In this document: positions 1 through 9,618 of the stretch, piece by piece | Layout of the letters: the number at the start of each line of letters is the position of its first letter | Position numbering within the stretch: the stretch's first letter is position 1 | Assembly: GCA_018812355.1 (NCBI GenBank) | Contig: JAHJDQ010000150.1 | Location: 1 to 38,076, forward strand | DNA length: 38,076 nt | Source: Nanobdellota archaeon | GTDB lineage: Archaea; Nanobdellota; Nanobdellia; Woesearchaeales; GW2011-AR9 | Direction: 5' to 3' | Translations under genes and position numbers: made by a program | The notes under the pieces: model-generated | The model's database searches: none | The model's input: only the letters and a program-made list of their open reading frames with translations | What the model was told of the DNA's origin: nothing

Positions 1-98
1 AAATAATTAAAAAACAAAATAAAAAAATAAAAGAAATAAAACCAACAAAATAACCTAAAAAAACAAATAAAAACAAATAAAAAAATAACACTACTAAA

Positions 99-1310
99 AT
101 GCTCAAAGACTACTTTAAAATACCCCTGAAGGAAATCAGACGACGTAAACTTAGATCCTGGCTTACTCTTCTCGGCGTATTTATTGGCATCTCCGCAATT
201 ATTTCTTTAATCACGCTCGGACAAGGTTTAGAAAATGCGATTAGCAAACAGTTCGATGCTCTCGGTAAAGATAAACTGTTCATTATGCCTGCTGGTGGAA
301 TGTGGGGCATGGGCGCGGCCGAACAATTAAATGATGATGATTTAGAATTAATTAGCAGTAATTCCGGAATTAAACTTGCTACAGGAATGGGTTATGGTTA
401 TAGCCAGATGGAATATAATGATTTAGTTCATTACGGTTTTATTTCCGGTATCTCAACAGATCCTGACGAACGTGCTTTAGTGGGTGAGGCGCAGACCTGG
501 GGTGTGGAAGAAGGGCGCATGCTCAGAGACGGAGATAAATACAAAGTTGTCCTTGGCTGGAGCCATACTCAGGATGATTTGTTTGAGAAAAGGGTTGAGG
601 TTGGCAGTAAAATATTATTGCATGGACAGGAATTTAAAGTAGTCGGTTTTTTAGAAAAGATTGGCTCCCCTCCTGACGATGAGTCAGCGATTATTCCTTT
701 TGAAGCTTATGAAGATGTCTTTGATGCTCATGATGAGATTGGTTTTATTATCGCCCAGACTAAATTGGGAGAAGATCCAGATAAAGTTGCTCAGGAGGTA
801 GAGAAGGATTTAAGAGATGACCATGGTGTTGACGAGGGAGAAGAAGACTTTTCGATCCAAACTCCGCAGCAGTTTGCGGAAACTTTTAACGTTATCCTTA
901 ACATTGTCCAGATTGTTTTGATTGGTATTGCTAGTATTGCCCTTTTGGTCGGCGGCATTGGTATCATGAACACAATGTACACTACCGTCTTAGAACGAAC
1001 TAAAGAAATTGGTATCATGAAAGCAATCGGCGCTAGAAACTCGCACATCTTACTTTTAGTTTTAGTAGAATCCGGGTTGTACGGTTTAGGCGGCGGACTT
1101 ATCGGCATCATTATTGGGATTGGCTTTGCTAAATTGGTGGAATTAGCTTTTATTGTCGCTGTCGGCCCGGCTTTTTTAGCAATCGAGATTGATTGGCTCT
1201 TAGTTTTAGGAACATTATTATTTTCCTTTTTAATCGGCTGTCTCTCTGGCATTGCGCCAGCGAGAAGAGCATCTAAACTGAATCCAGTAGATTCGTTGAG
1301 GTATGAATAA
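99..1310 (+). CDS. ABC transporter permease, MacB/FtsX (SalY) family
   Basis: N-terminal LRSWLTLLGVFIGI helix, large extracellular domain, GGIGIMNTMYTTVLERTKEIGIMKAIGA and PARRASKLNPVDSLRYE C-terminus. Confidence 0.95.
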   Translation: MLKDYFKIPLKEIRRRKLRSWLTLLGVFIGISAIISLITLGQGLENAISKQFDALGKDKLFIMPAGGMWGMGAAEQLNDDDLELISSNSGIKLATGMGYGYSQMEYNDLVHYGFISGISTDPDERALVGEAQTWGVEEGRMLRDGDKYKVVLGWSHTQDDLFEKRVEVGSKILLHGQEFKVVGFLEKIGSPPDDESAIIPFEAYEDVFDAHDEIGFIIAQTKLGEDPDKVAQEVEKDLRDDHGVDEGEEDFSIQTPQQFAETFNVILNIVQIVLIGIASIALLVGGIGIMNTMYTTVLERTKEIGIMKAIGARNSHILLLVLVESGLYGLGGGLIGIIIGIGFAKLVELAFIVAVGPAFLAIEIDWLLVLGTLLFSFLIGCLSGIAPARRASKLNPVDSLRYE

Positions 1311-1949
1311 ATGATTTTTAAAGATAGGTTTGCTGCAGGAAAATTATTGGCAGAAAAGTTGATTGAGCATAAAAGTAAAGAAAATACTCTTATCTTAGCT
1401 ATTCCTCGGGGCGGATTAGAAACAGGATTTAGTTTAGCTAAAGAATTAAATTTACCTTTAGATGTTGTCTTGACCAAAAAAATTGGTTTTCCAGGAAATC
1501 CCGAATATGCGATTGGGGCAGTTAGTCTAAAAAGCGAAATTATCTTTGAAAGTTTAATTACAACAGGACAAGTTTCACGACAATATATCGATGAAGAAAT
1601 AAAAAAAATAAGGAAAAAATTAAAGATGAAATATTATCATTATCGTGAAAATAGAGATCCTTTAGATTTAAAAAACAAACTTGTCATTCTTACTGATGAT
1701 GGCGCGGCTACGGGCAGAACTTTATTGGCGGCGATTAAGTTAGTTAAACAAGAAAAAGTTAAGAAAATTATTGTTGCTATCCCCGTCAGCCATCCAGAAA
1801 CAGTTAAAAAATTGAAGGAGAAAGCGGAAGTGGTTTGTTTGGAAACTCCGCGAGATTTTTTTGCCGTCGGCCAATTTTATGAACATTTTAATCAAGTAAA
1901 TGATAAGGAAGCGATTAAATTATTAAAAGAAGCAAATAAAAACAATTAA
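1311..1949 (+). CDS. Phosphoribosyltransferase family protein (COG1926-like)
   Basis: FKDR..AGKLLA start, LAIPRGG, PRPP loop VILTDDGAATGRT, FFAVGQFYEHF. Confidence 0.9.
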   Translation: MIFKDRFAAGKLLAEKLIEHKSKENTLILAIPRGGLETGFSLAKELNLPLDVVLTKKIGFPGNPEYAIGAVSLKSEIIFESLITTGQVSRQYIDEEIKKIRKKLKMKYYHYRENRDPLDLKNKLVILTDDGAATGRTLLAAIKLVKQEKVKKIIVAIPVSHPETVKKLKEKAEVVCLETPRDFFAVGQFYEHFNQVNDKEAIKLLKEANKNN

Positions 1950-1988
1950 ATAACATCAAAAACATCATTAAACAAAGAACGAAAGAAA

Positions 1989-2735
1989 ATGAAACATCAA
2001 CAACCCAAAACTAAACACACTAAAAAAACTCTTATCCAACTTAAAGATGTCTGGAAAACATATTACATGGGTAAGATCTCTTTAGACGTACTTAAAGGCC
2101 TCAATCTGAAAATTGACCAAGGTGAGTTTGTCGTGATTGTTGGCCCATCAGGATCAGGTAAAAGCACCATGATGAATATGGTCGGCGTTCTCGATACTCC
2201 TACAAAGGGCCAGATTCTTTTAGATGGTATTGATATATCTACCCTTTCCGAATCAGATTTAGCTCAATTAAGAGGAAAAAAAGTAGGTTTTGTTTTTCAA
2301 CAATTCAATTTAATTCCCACTTTAACCGCTTTAGAAAATGTTATCCTGCCGACTATTTTTCAGAACATGCCAGAAAAGGAAAGATTAGAAAGAGGGGAAA
2401 AACTGCTCAGTACGTTTGGTTTAGGAGATCGGATGCATCATAAACCGAATGAATTATCCGGTGGACAGCAGCAGAGAGTAGCCATCGCCCGTGCTTTAGT
2501 TAACGATCCTGAGATTATTCTTGCTGACGAACCGACAGGAAATCTTGACTCAATTTCCGGAAAACAGGTCATGGCTATGCTTGCTCGTTTACATACGGAA
2601 GAAAAAAAGACGATTATCCTCGTCACACACGACACAGATTTGGTTAAATATTCAGAAAAAACCGTTTATCTCAAAGATGGACTAATTGAAAAAATTAAGA
2701 CTAATCATGGTCGAAAATTACTTTCTAATAAGTAA
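1989..2735 (+). CDS. ABC transporter ATP-binding protein, LolD/SalX family
   Basis: Walker A GPSGSGKST, signature LSGGQQQRV, Walker B IILADEPTG, H-loop VTHD. Confidence 0.97.
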   Translation: MKHQQPKTKHTKKTLIQLKDVWKTYYMGKISLDVLKGLNLKIDQGEFVVIVGPSGSGKSTMMNMVGVLDTPTKGQILLDGIDISTLSESDLAQLRGKKVGFVFQQFNLIPTLTALENVILPTIFQNMPEKERLERGEKLLSTFGLGDRMHHKPNELSGGQQQRVAIARALVNDPEIILADEPTGNLDSISGKQVMAMLARLHTEEKKTIILVTHDTDLVKYSEKTVYLKDGLIEKIKTNHGRKLLSNK

Positions 2736-2761
2736 GTTTAAGATATATCTGTTAAACTATC

Positions 2762-2778
2762 TAAATGTTTATATATAA
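2762..2778 (+). promoter_or_regulatory. Archaeal TATA box
   Basis: TTTATATA at 2768-2775, upstream of GGGTGAT RBS and ATG 2813. Confidence 0.55.
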
Positions 2779-2812
2779 TTTCTGGGAAAAATACAGGAAG
2801 AGGGTGATATTT

Positions 2813-4375
2813 ATGGAACAAAAACAAATTGATGAAATTGAAGGTTCTTACAAGGGTGAAGAGTTTATTGATGAAGAGGATTTACTCAATCACGGTATTG
2901 AGTTGGATGAGGTCAAAATCGAACCAGCCAAAGCTAAACGCGGTCGGCCTAAGAAATCTTCTAAAACGGTAGATATGAAAGCTGAAGAGCCAAAAGAAGA
3001 AATGACAGACAATTTTGATGAAGTTAAAGTAGTCCCAATTACAGAAGAACCGAAACCAGATCCAGCGAAAGAGCCTACTCCTGGTCCAGCTTATAATCCT
3101 TGGGATGATGAAGAGGAGAAAACTTCTAGTGGATCATCTACCTGGAAAGCGATTAGTGGAATTTTAGTCATTTTGCTGATTATTTCTATTTTTACGCAAG
3201 GATTTAACTTTGCTGATGGTGCGGGAGTAACCGGAGCAGCAACTGCAGAATTATCATTATCAGAAGCAGAAGAGCAAGCTCTGACTTATGTCAACACAAA
3301 CTTACTTCAACCGCCTTTTACTGCCGAATTAGAAAGTTCAGAAGATGTTGGTAGCATGTACAAAATTACTTTATCTGTTGCCGGCCAAGAAATTGATTCT
3401 TATTTAACAAAAGACGGCGAATTATTTTTCCCGCAGGGTTTTGATACCAGTGAAAGTTTAGACGACTTAACTGCTCCAACTACTGAAACAACTAGACTTG
3501 ACGTTTCCACAGATGACGATGCTGTCAAAGGAAATCCTGACGCTACCGTTACAATAGTGGAATTTAGCGAATTTCAATGTCCTTTCTGTGCAAAATTTTT
3601 CCAAGAAACTTATCCTTTGATTATCAAAAACTATGTCGATACTGGAAAAGTCAACTATGTTTTTAGAGACTTTCCTTTAGACTTTCATCAAAATGCCCAA
3701 AAAGCAGCAGAAGCCGCTGAATGTGCTGGTGAACAAGACAAGTATTACGAAATGCACGACTATTTATTCACAAACCAAGATTATCTGGAAGTTGAAAATT
3801 TAAAAGGTTATGCTAAAGATTTAGGATTAGATACTACTGAATTTAATGATTGTTTAGATAGCGGAGAGATGGAAGATGAAGTAAAAGCTGATCTAGCGGA
3901 AGGTAAGACTTACGGCGTTTCTGGTACTCCTGCTTTCTTTATTAATGGTAAGATGATTAGTGGAGCTCAACCTTACTCTGTTTTCACTACAGAAATTGAA
4001 GCAGCTTTAGCTGAAGATAATTCTGAATCCGTTGTTGAAGGAAATCTTGAAGAAGCACAGGAAGAAGTTACCGAAGAATTAGAAGAACCAGAAGTTGTCA
4101 TTCCCTCCGGTAAAACACAAGAGTTTACTGTTAATGCCAAACGTTGGTTGTTTAGTCCGAACGAATTTACGGTTAATAAGGGCGATACGGTTAAACTAAC
4201 TATTACAGCAAGCGATTTAGCCTTTACTTTTGCTGTTCCTGATTTAGGAGTTAGCGAAGAAGTTTCCGGTACAACCATAGTTGAGTTTACCGCTAGTCAA
4301 GCCGGCTCATTTGAATTTAAATGTGCTAGCTGTGAAGCCTGGCGAGGAATGACCGGAACTTTGGTTGTGGAATAG
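2813..4375 (+). CDS. Membrane-anchored DsbA/BdbD-like thiol-disulfide oxidoreductase with C-terminal cupredoxin-like domain
   Basis: Start moved to ATG 2813 (RBS GGGTGAT). TM helix, EFSEFQCPFC active site, cis-Pro GTPAFFING, C-terminal WLFSPNEFTVNKGDTV...GSFEFKCASC...MTGTLVVE. Confidence 0.88.
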   Translation: MEQKQIDEIEGSYKGEEFIDEEDLLNHGIELDEVKIEPAKAKRGRPKKSSKTVDMKAEEPKEEMTDNFDEVKVVPITEEPKPDPAKEPTPGPAYNPWDDEEEKTSSGSSTWKAISGILVILLIISIFTQGFNFADGAGVTGAATAELSLSEAEEQALTYVNTNLLQPPFTAELESSEDVGSMYKITLSVAGQEIDSYLTKDGELFFPQGFDTSESLDDLTAPTTETTRLDVSTDDDAVKGNPDATVTIVEFSEFQCPFCAKFFQETYPLIIKNYVDTGKVNYVFRDFPLDFHQNAQKAAEAAECAGEQDKYYEMHDYLFTNQDYLEVENLKGYAKDLGLDTTEFNDCLDSGEMEDEVKADLAEGKTYGVSGTPAFFINGKMISGAQPYSVFTTEIEAALAEDNSESVVEGNLEEAQEEVTEELEEPEVVIPSGKTQEFTVNAKRWLFSPNEFTVNKGDTVKLTITASDLAFTFAVPDLGVSEEVSGTTIVEFTASQAGSFEFKCASCEAWRGMTGTLVVE

Positions 4376-4385
4376 ATATACGCTA

Positions 4386-4507
4386 AATTAGTGGGCGCCC
4401 TTCGGTGAGTAGCCTTTACTAAATGTGCGATCTGTAAGCCGAGGATGGCGAATAACGCCATGATGACCGAGGCGCAGTAGGGTGGTTCACCCTGGCCCCC
4501 ACTAATT
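4386..4507. ncRNA. Candidate structured RNA / repeat element, copy 1 (122 nt)
   Basis: Terminal stem AATTAGTGGG/CCCACTAATT, internal hairpin ATGGCG-AATAA-CGCCAT, GC-rich; homologous to 9619-9735 with compensatory changes. Confidence 0.7.
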
Positions 4508-4534
4508 ACAGTTAATTTAATACGTCCAAATAAG

Positions 4535-4549
4535 GGAAACCTTTTTAAT
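4535..4549 (+). promoter_or_regulatory. BRE/TATA promoter of leaderless gene
   Basis: GGAAAC-C-TTTTTAAT about 25 nt before ATG 4574. Confidence 0.55.
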
Positions 4550-4573
4550 TCCCTTTCTTTTTCTTTTCTTATT

Positions 4574-5095
4574 ATGAAGCAGAAAAAAAAAGAACGGTTG
4601 ACGAAAACTTTAATGATTGCTTTCTTACTATTGGTAGCATTAGGCTTTATGGTGCCTGGATTTCTTGATTTGGGAGATGAACAACAACAATATGTTGAAC
4701 CACGTATTTGTCAGGCAGATGCTGATTGTTATTTGATGTGCGGTGAGAATAGTGATGAACCAGTAACAGTTTTTTGTAACAGTAATCTCTGCCAACAAAA
4801 TGCTTGTAATCAAGATTCTTCTTTTCCTTACCAAGCTGAACCACTTACTTTCGAATTAACTATCTCCGGCTTGAATCAATCATTGAGTGTTAACGATATT
4901 TTTATTAAAAGTAACCGTAATCAAGTTCAAGTTTATACTTCTGGCTTATCTTTAGACGGTATTTTAAAAAAATATAACTATAATTTTCCTGCTAAAATGA
5001 ATTTAAGCATTAACGGCGATGAATCTGGTTATTATGGCAGTTATGTTCCCCAAGAAGGGGATCAGATTAAGATTACTATTGAATCCATCAACTAA
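4574..5095 (+). CDS. Hypothetical membrane-anchored Cys-rich protein
   Basis: Basic N-terminus plus hydrophobic helix, six-Cys cluster (CQADADCYLMC...CNSNLC...C), own TATA box. Confidence 0.75.
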   Translation: MKQKKKERLTKTLMIAFLLLVALGFMVPGFLDLGDEQQQYVEPRICQADADCYLMCGENSDEPVTVFCNSNLCQQNACNQDSSFPYQAEPLTFELTISGLNQSLSVNDIFIKSNRNQVQVYTSGLSLDGILKKYNYNFPAKMNLSINGDESGYYGSYVPQEGDQIKITIESIN

Positions 5096-5155
5096 ATCTT
5101 TATAAATTTCTTCTTATCAATCATTAACTTATTATCAATAAACCCCTGATTGAAG

Positions 5156-7096
5156 ATGAGTAAAACACTTACTGAGAAAATAATTAAGAACCATCTGGTT
5201 GCCGGAAGCTTACAACAAGGCACAGAAGTTGCTTTAAGAATTGACCAAACTTTAACCCAAGATGCTACTGGAACGATGGCTTGTTTACAGTTTGAAGCCC
5301 TTGGCCTAGACAAAGTTAAAACTAAACTTTCGGTGAGTTATGTTGACCATAATACTCTTCAAACCAGTTCTGAGAATGCTGACGATCACCAATTCTTACA
5401 AACTTTTGCGGCTAAGTATGGGATTCAATTTTCTAAACCAGGAAATGGGATTTGCCATCAAGTACATCTGGAGAGATTTGCTCTACCTGGAGAAACTTTA
5501 CTTGGATCGGATAGTCATACTCCTACTGCTGGCGGTTTAGGCGTCTTAGCGATTGGCGCTGGCGGTTTAGATGTTGCTGTCGCGATGGCCGGCGGTGCGT
5601 TCCATTTAACTATGCCCAAAATTTTTGGAGTAAAATTAAACGGAAGATTAAATCCTTGGATTTCTGCTAAAGACGTTATTCTTGAACTTTTAGGAAAATT
5701 AGGAGTTGATGGTGGTGTGGGAAAAATATTTGAGTATTTTGGCGAAGGGGTAAAAACTTTAACTGTTCCGGAAAGAGCAACAATCACCAATATGGGCGCA
5801 GAATTAGGGGCAACAAGTTCAATCTTTCCAAGTGACCACATTACAAAAAAATTTATGGCAAGTCAGAACCGAGCAGAGTATTGGCAAGAGTTAAGTGCTG
5901 CTGAGGATGCTGTCTATGATCAAGTGATTGAAATTGATTTAAATAATATCGAACCAATGCTTGCTCAACCGCACAGTCCTGGAAATGTTTGTAAAGTAAC
6001 CGCAGTTGCCGGTTTAAAAATAAATCAGGTTTGTCTAGGTTCCTGCACCAATTCTTCTTACCAAGATTTGATGATTGTTGCCAAAACTCTTCAAGGCAAG
6101 AAAGTTTCTCCCGGAGTCAGTTTAGTTATTTCTCCCGGTTCAAAGCAAGTTTATGAAAGTATTGTTCAGAACGGAGCTTTAAACGATTTGATTAAAGCAG
6201 GAGCAAGAATTTTAGAATGTGCTTGTGGTCCCTGTATTGGGATGGGTCAAGCTCCCAACACTAATGCTATTTCTTTAAGAACATTTAACCGAAATTTTTA
6301 TGGACGGTCAGGGACTAATTCTGCCCAAATTTATTTGGTTAGTCCAGAAACGGCGGTTGCTTCTGCTCTTTATGGAGTTATTACTGACCCTCGTCAATTA
6401 GGAGAATCTCCCCCGATTAATACTCCAGAAACTTTTATTTTTAGTGACAGTTTACTTTTGCTTCCCGCAGAAAATCCTGCTGAAGTGGAGATTATCCGTG
6501 GTCCTAATATTAAACCTTTACCCTTAAATAAATCTTTGTCTAATCATCTGTTGGGAGAAGTGTTACTAAAAGTTGAAGATGATATCACTACTGATCATAT
6601 TATGCCGGCTGGTGCAAAAATCTTGCCTTTAAGAAGTAACATTCCGGCAATTAGTGAGTATGTTTTTGAGCGTGTTGATCCAGAATTTGTTCTTCGAGCG
6701 AAAGCGAAAAATGGCGGGTTTATTATTGGGGGAGAAAATTATGGCCAAGGCTCCAGTCGAGAACATGCTGCTTTAGCTCCGATGTATTTAGGGATTAAAG
6801 CAATCATTGCTAAAAGTTTTGCTCGTATCCATCGTGCTAATTTAATTAATTTTGGAATTTTACCTCTGGAATTTTTAGACAAAAATGATTACACTAGGAT
6901 TGAGCAAGGAGATCAGATCGAATTAGTTAATGTCCGAGAATTACTTGAACAAAAAAATAGTTTATTAGAAGTTAAAAATAAAACGCAAGGGATTACATTT
7001 AAAGTTAAACATAATTTAAGTGATCGATTAATAATGATCATCCTAGCCGGAGGGCTGTTAAACTACATTAAAAGAGGTGAAAAAAATGAACTTTGA
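5156..7096 (+). CDS. acnA: Aconitate hydratase (single-chain, ~646 aa)
   Basis: [23 protein letters not shown], Fe-S ligands GSCTN and [15 protein letters not shown], swivel domain ITTDHI and [12 protein letters not shown]; start at ATG 5156 preferred over TTG 5150. Confidence 0.93.
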   Translation: MSKTLTEKIIKNHLVAGSLQQGTEVALRIDQTLTQDATGTMACLQFEALGLDKVKTKLSVSYVDHNTLQTSSENADDHQFLQTFAAKYGIQFSKPGNGICHQVHLERFALPGETLLGSDSHTPTAGGLGVLAIGAGGLDVAVAMAGGAFHLTMPKIFGVKLNGRLNPWISAKDVILELLGKLGVDGGVGKIFEYFGEGVKTLTVPERATITNMGAELGATSSIFPSDHITKKFMASQNRAEYWQELSAAEDAVYDQVIEIDLNNIEPMLAQPHSPGNVCKVTAVAGLKINQVCLGSCTNSSYQDLMIVAKTLQGKKVSPGVSLVISPGSKQVYESIVQNGALNDLIKAGARILECACGPCIGMGQAPNTNAISLRTFNRNFYGRSGTNSAQIYLVSPETAVASALYGVITDPRQLGESPPINTPETFIFSDSLLLLPAENPAEVEIIRGPNIKPLPLNKSLSNHLLGEVLLKVEDDITTDHIMPAGAKILPLRSNIPAISEYVFERVDPEFVLRAKAKNGGFIIGGENYGQGSSREHAALAPMYLGIKAIIAKSFARIHRANLINFGILPLEFLDKNDYTRIEQGDQIELVNVRELLEQKNSLLEVKNKTQGITFKVKHNLSDRLIMIILAGGLLNYIKRGEKNEL

Positions 7097-8330
7097 TTTT
7101 CTTCAGATTCCTGAAGCAGGAGAAAAAATTACCATGAGTGATGGTAAATTAATTGTTCCGTCTAATCCTTTGATTGGATTGATTATTGGCGATGGTATTG
7201 GTCCTGATATTAGTAGGGTGGGACAAAAAGTGATTGATGCTGCTGTTAAAAAAGCCTACACCAATCAAAGAAAAATTGTTTGGTGTGAATTGCCTGCAGG
7301 AGAATCTGCTTTACAACAATATGACACTATTTTACCTGAAGATACGCTTACCTTTCTCCAGAATTATCTAGTAGCGATCAAAGGGCCTTTAACCACTCCA
7401 GTCGGGAGCGGCACCAGAAGTTTAAATGTAACTTTAAGACAGAAACTAGACTTATATTCTTGTGTCCGTCCGGTAAAATATTTTCCGGGAGTACCTAGCC
7501 CAATGGTCTCTCCACAAAAATTAGATGTTATTATTTTTCGAGAGAATACAGAAGACCTTTACATGGGCATTGAGTGGAAAGAAGGAACTTTAGCTGCCCA
7601 AAAAATAATTTCTTTCTTAAAAACAGAGATGGGAGTAACGATTAGAGCAGATTCTGGCGTCGGCATAAAACCGATTAGTAAATTTGCTACCCAACGGTTG
7701 GTTAAATCTGCAATTGAGTATGCCCTCAAAAATAATCGCCGCTCGCTAACTTTAGTTCATAAAGGTAATATCATGAAATTTACTGAAGGTGCTTTTAAAG
7801 AATGGGGTTATGAAATTGCTCGGGAATATCCAGAATTAATTACGGAAGAAGAATTGTATCACAAGTATAATGGAACAGTCCCTGCTGGAAAAATTATCCT
7901 TAAAGACCGCATTGCTGATTCTATGTTCCAACAATTACTGTTGCGCCCAGAAGAATATGACCTTCTTGTCGCACCAAATCTTAATGGAGATTATCTTTCT
8001 GATGCCTGCGCGGCCCAAGTTGGCGGCTTAGGGATTGCTCCTGGAGCGAACATTAATTATGAAAGTGGTCATGCTTTGTTCGAAGCTACGCATGGCTCAG
8101 CGCCAAAATATACTGGGATGGATAAAGTCAATCCTGGTTCATTTATTTTATCTGGAGTAATGATGTTAGACTATTTGGGTTGGCATGAGGCAGCTCAATT
8201 AATTGTTAAAAGTTTTAGCACAATCATAACCCAAAAGACAGTAACCTACGATTTAGCACGCCAGATGGCCGGAGCAAAATTGTTAAAATGTTCAGAGTTT
8301 GGCGAAGCAATTATAAATAATATGTCTTGA
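7086..8330 (+). CDS. icd: Isocitrate dehydrogenase, NADP-dependent, E. coli-like type
   Basis: [77 protein letters not shown] before ATG 7086. Confidence 0.95.
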   Translation: MNFDFLQIPEAGEKITMSDGKLIVPSNPLIGLIIGDGIGPDISRVGQKVIDAAVKKAYTNQRKIVWCELPAGESALQQYDTILPEDTLTFLQNYLVAIKGPLTTPVGSGTRSLNVTLRQKLDLYSCVRPVKYFPGVPSPMVSPQKLDVIIFRENTEDLYMGIEWKEGTLAAQKIISFLKTEMGVTIRADSGVGIKPISKFATQRLVKSAIEYALKNNRRSLTLVHKGNIMKFTEGAFKEWGYEIAREYPELITEEELYHKYNGTVPAGKIILKDRIADSMFQQLLLRPEEYDLLVAPNLNGDYLSDACAAQVGGLGIAPGANINYESGHALFEATHGSAPKYTGMDKVNPGSFILSGVMMLDYLGWHEAAQLIVKSFSTIITQKTVTYDLARQMAGAKLLKCSEFGEAIINNMS

Positions 8331-8352
8331 TTATAATGTTGGAGGTAAATTT

Positions 8353-9609
8353 GTGATTTTAAATAAAACAATTATTCATTTCAGAAAAAAAATTGCTGGA
8401 CTGGCTGGCTTAAATGAAACAGAAATACAACTCTTGCTGACACCAAACCACATTCATAAAGCAGAACTAGAAGTTAATGGTAAAACTTATCCTGCTTTTA
8501 GGGTTCAACATAATAATGCCAGAGGACCGTATAAAGGCGGGATTAGATTTCATCCCCAAGTTAATGAAGATGAAGTTAAAGCCTTAGCCTTCTGGATGTC
8601 TTTAAAGACGGCCGTTGCTGATCTTCCTTTAGGTGGAAGTAAAGGTGGCGTTACTGTAAATCCTAAAGAATTACCTATTGAAGAATTAGAAGAGTTAAGT
8701 CGATCTTATATCCGCGCTTTTTATCAACATTTAGGTTCAGCTCAAGATATTCCTGCTCCTGACGTTTATACTACTCCTCAGATAATGAGCTGGATGCTTG
8801 ATGAGTACGAAAAGTTAACTGGTAAAAAAGATCCGGGAATGATTACTGGTAAACCATTAGAAAACGGTGGTTCTTTAGTTAGAGATATTGCTACTGCTCT
8901 TGGTGGAGTTTATGTTTTAGAAGAAGCAATCCAAAAATTATCTTTATCAGGAAAAAGAGTTGCCATTCAGGGTTTTGGCAATGCCGGAATGAATATAGCT
9001 AAACTACTTTTTGACCAAGGCTACAAAATTTTAGCCGTTTCTGATTCAAAAGGTGGCGTTTATAATGAAAAAGGCTTAGATCCTTATCAAGCGGAAAACA
9101 TTAAGAAAGCAGGAGGTCTATTAGGTTGTTATTGTTTAGGTAGTGTTTGTTCAATTAAAGATGTTCCTTCTGAGGGTTTCTGTCGTGGAATTACTAATGA
9201 AGAATTATTGGAATTACCGGTAGACATTTTAATTCCTTCTGCTTTAAGTAATCAAATTACTGTTGAAAATGCTGCTAACATCAAAGCAAAAATCATTTTA
9301 GAATTAGCTAACGGTCCGACCACTCCTGAAGCTGATCAAATTTTGCACACAAATAATATTTTAGTACTGCCCGATATCCTCGCCAATGCTGGCGGAGTTA
9401 CCGTTTCTTGTTTTGAATGGCAGCAGAATCTTGCCAACGAAAAATGGGATGAACAAACAATTAAACAAAAGTTAAAAGATAAATTAGTGACAGCTTTTAA
9501 TCAAATCTGGACTGAGTATGATCAGAACGAACACGATTTCCGAACCAATACTTACATCTTAGCGATAAAAAAGATTCTCGCTGCAGAGAAGTTAAAAGGC
9601 AGATTATAG
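8353..9609 (+). CDS. gdhA: Glutamate dehydrogenase (Glu/Leu/Phe/Val family)
   Basis: RVQHNNARGPYKGGIRFH, GGSKGG, DIPAPD, QGFGNAG, ELANGP, PDILANAGGVTVS; GGAGGT RBS, GTG start uncertain. Confidence 0.92.
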   Translation: MILNKTIIHFRKKIAGLAGLNETEIQLLLTPNHIHKAELEVNGKTYPAFRVQHNNARGPYKGGIRFHPQVNEDEVKALAFWMSLKTAVADLPLGGSKGGVTVNPKELPIEELEELSRSYIRAFYQHLGSAQDIPAPDVYTTPQIMSWMLDEYEKLTGKKDPGMITGKPLENGGSLVRDIATALGGVYVLEEAIQKLSLSGKRVAIQGFGNAGMNIAKLLFDQGYKILAVSDSKGGVYNEKGLDPYQAENIKKAGGLLGCYCLGSVCSIKDVPSEGFCRGITNEELLELPVDILIPSALSNQITVENAANIKAKIILELANGPTTPEADQILHTNNILVLPDILANAGGVTVSCFEWQQNLANEKWDEQTIKQKLKDKLVTAFNQIWTEYDQNEHDFRTNTYILAIKKILAAEKLKGRL

Positions 9610-9618
9610 AATGTATTA

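Noticed and set aside
1..98. A-rich low-complexity tract
   Set aside because: No clear periodicity or structure, and it is cut by the window edge
791..1477. Antisense or alternate-frame ORFs in the track (also 3973-4278, 5515-5841, 25701-26003, 29105-29407, 37678-38028 and similar)
   Set aside because: Shadows of well-supported genes, with no motifs or RBS
4373..4410. Pyrrolysine or selenocysteine readthrough signal
   Set aside because: Both upstream proteins are complete at TAG, downstream frames are short and differ, and neither gene has an in-frame TGA
4386..4507. 5S rRNA, tRNA, C/D-box sRNA, hammerhead, HDV-like ribozyme or group II domain V identity for the element
   Set aside because: No CCGAAC loop or conserved T-loop; ATGATGA in copy 1 is ATAATAA in copy 2; stem order does not fit the HDV fold; no CGGTT closing strand for domain V
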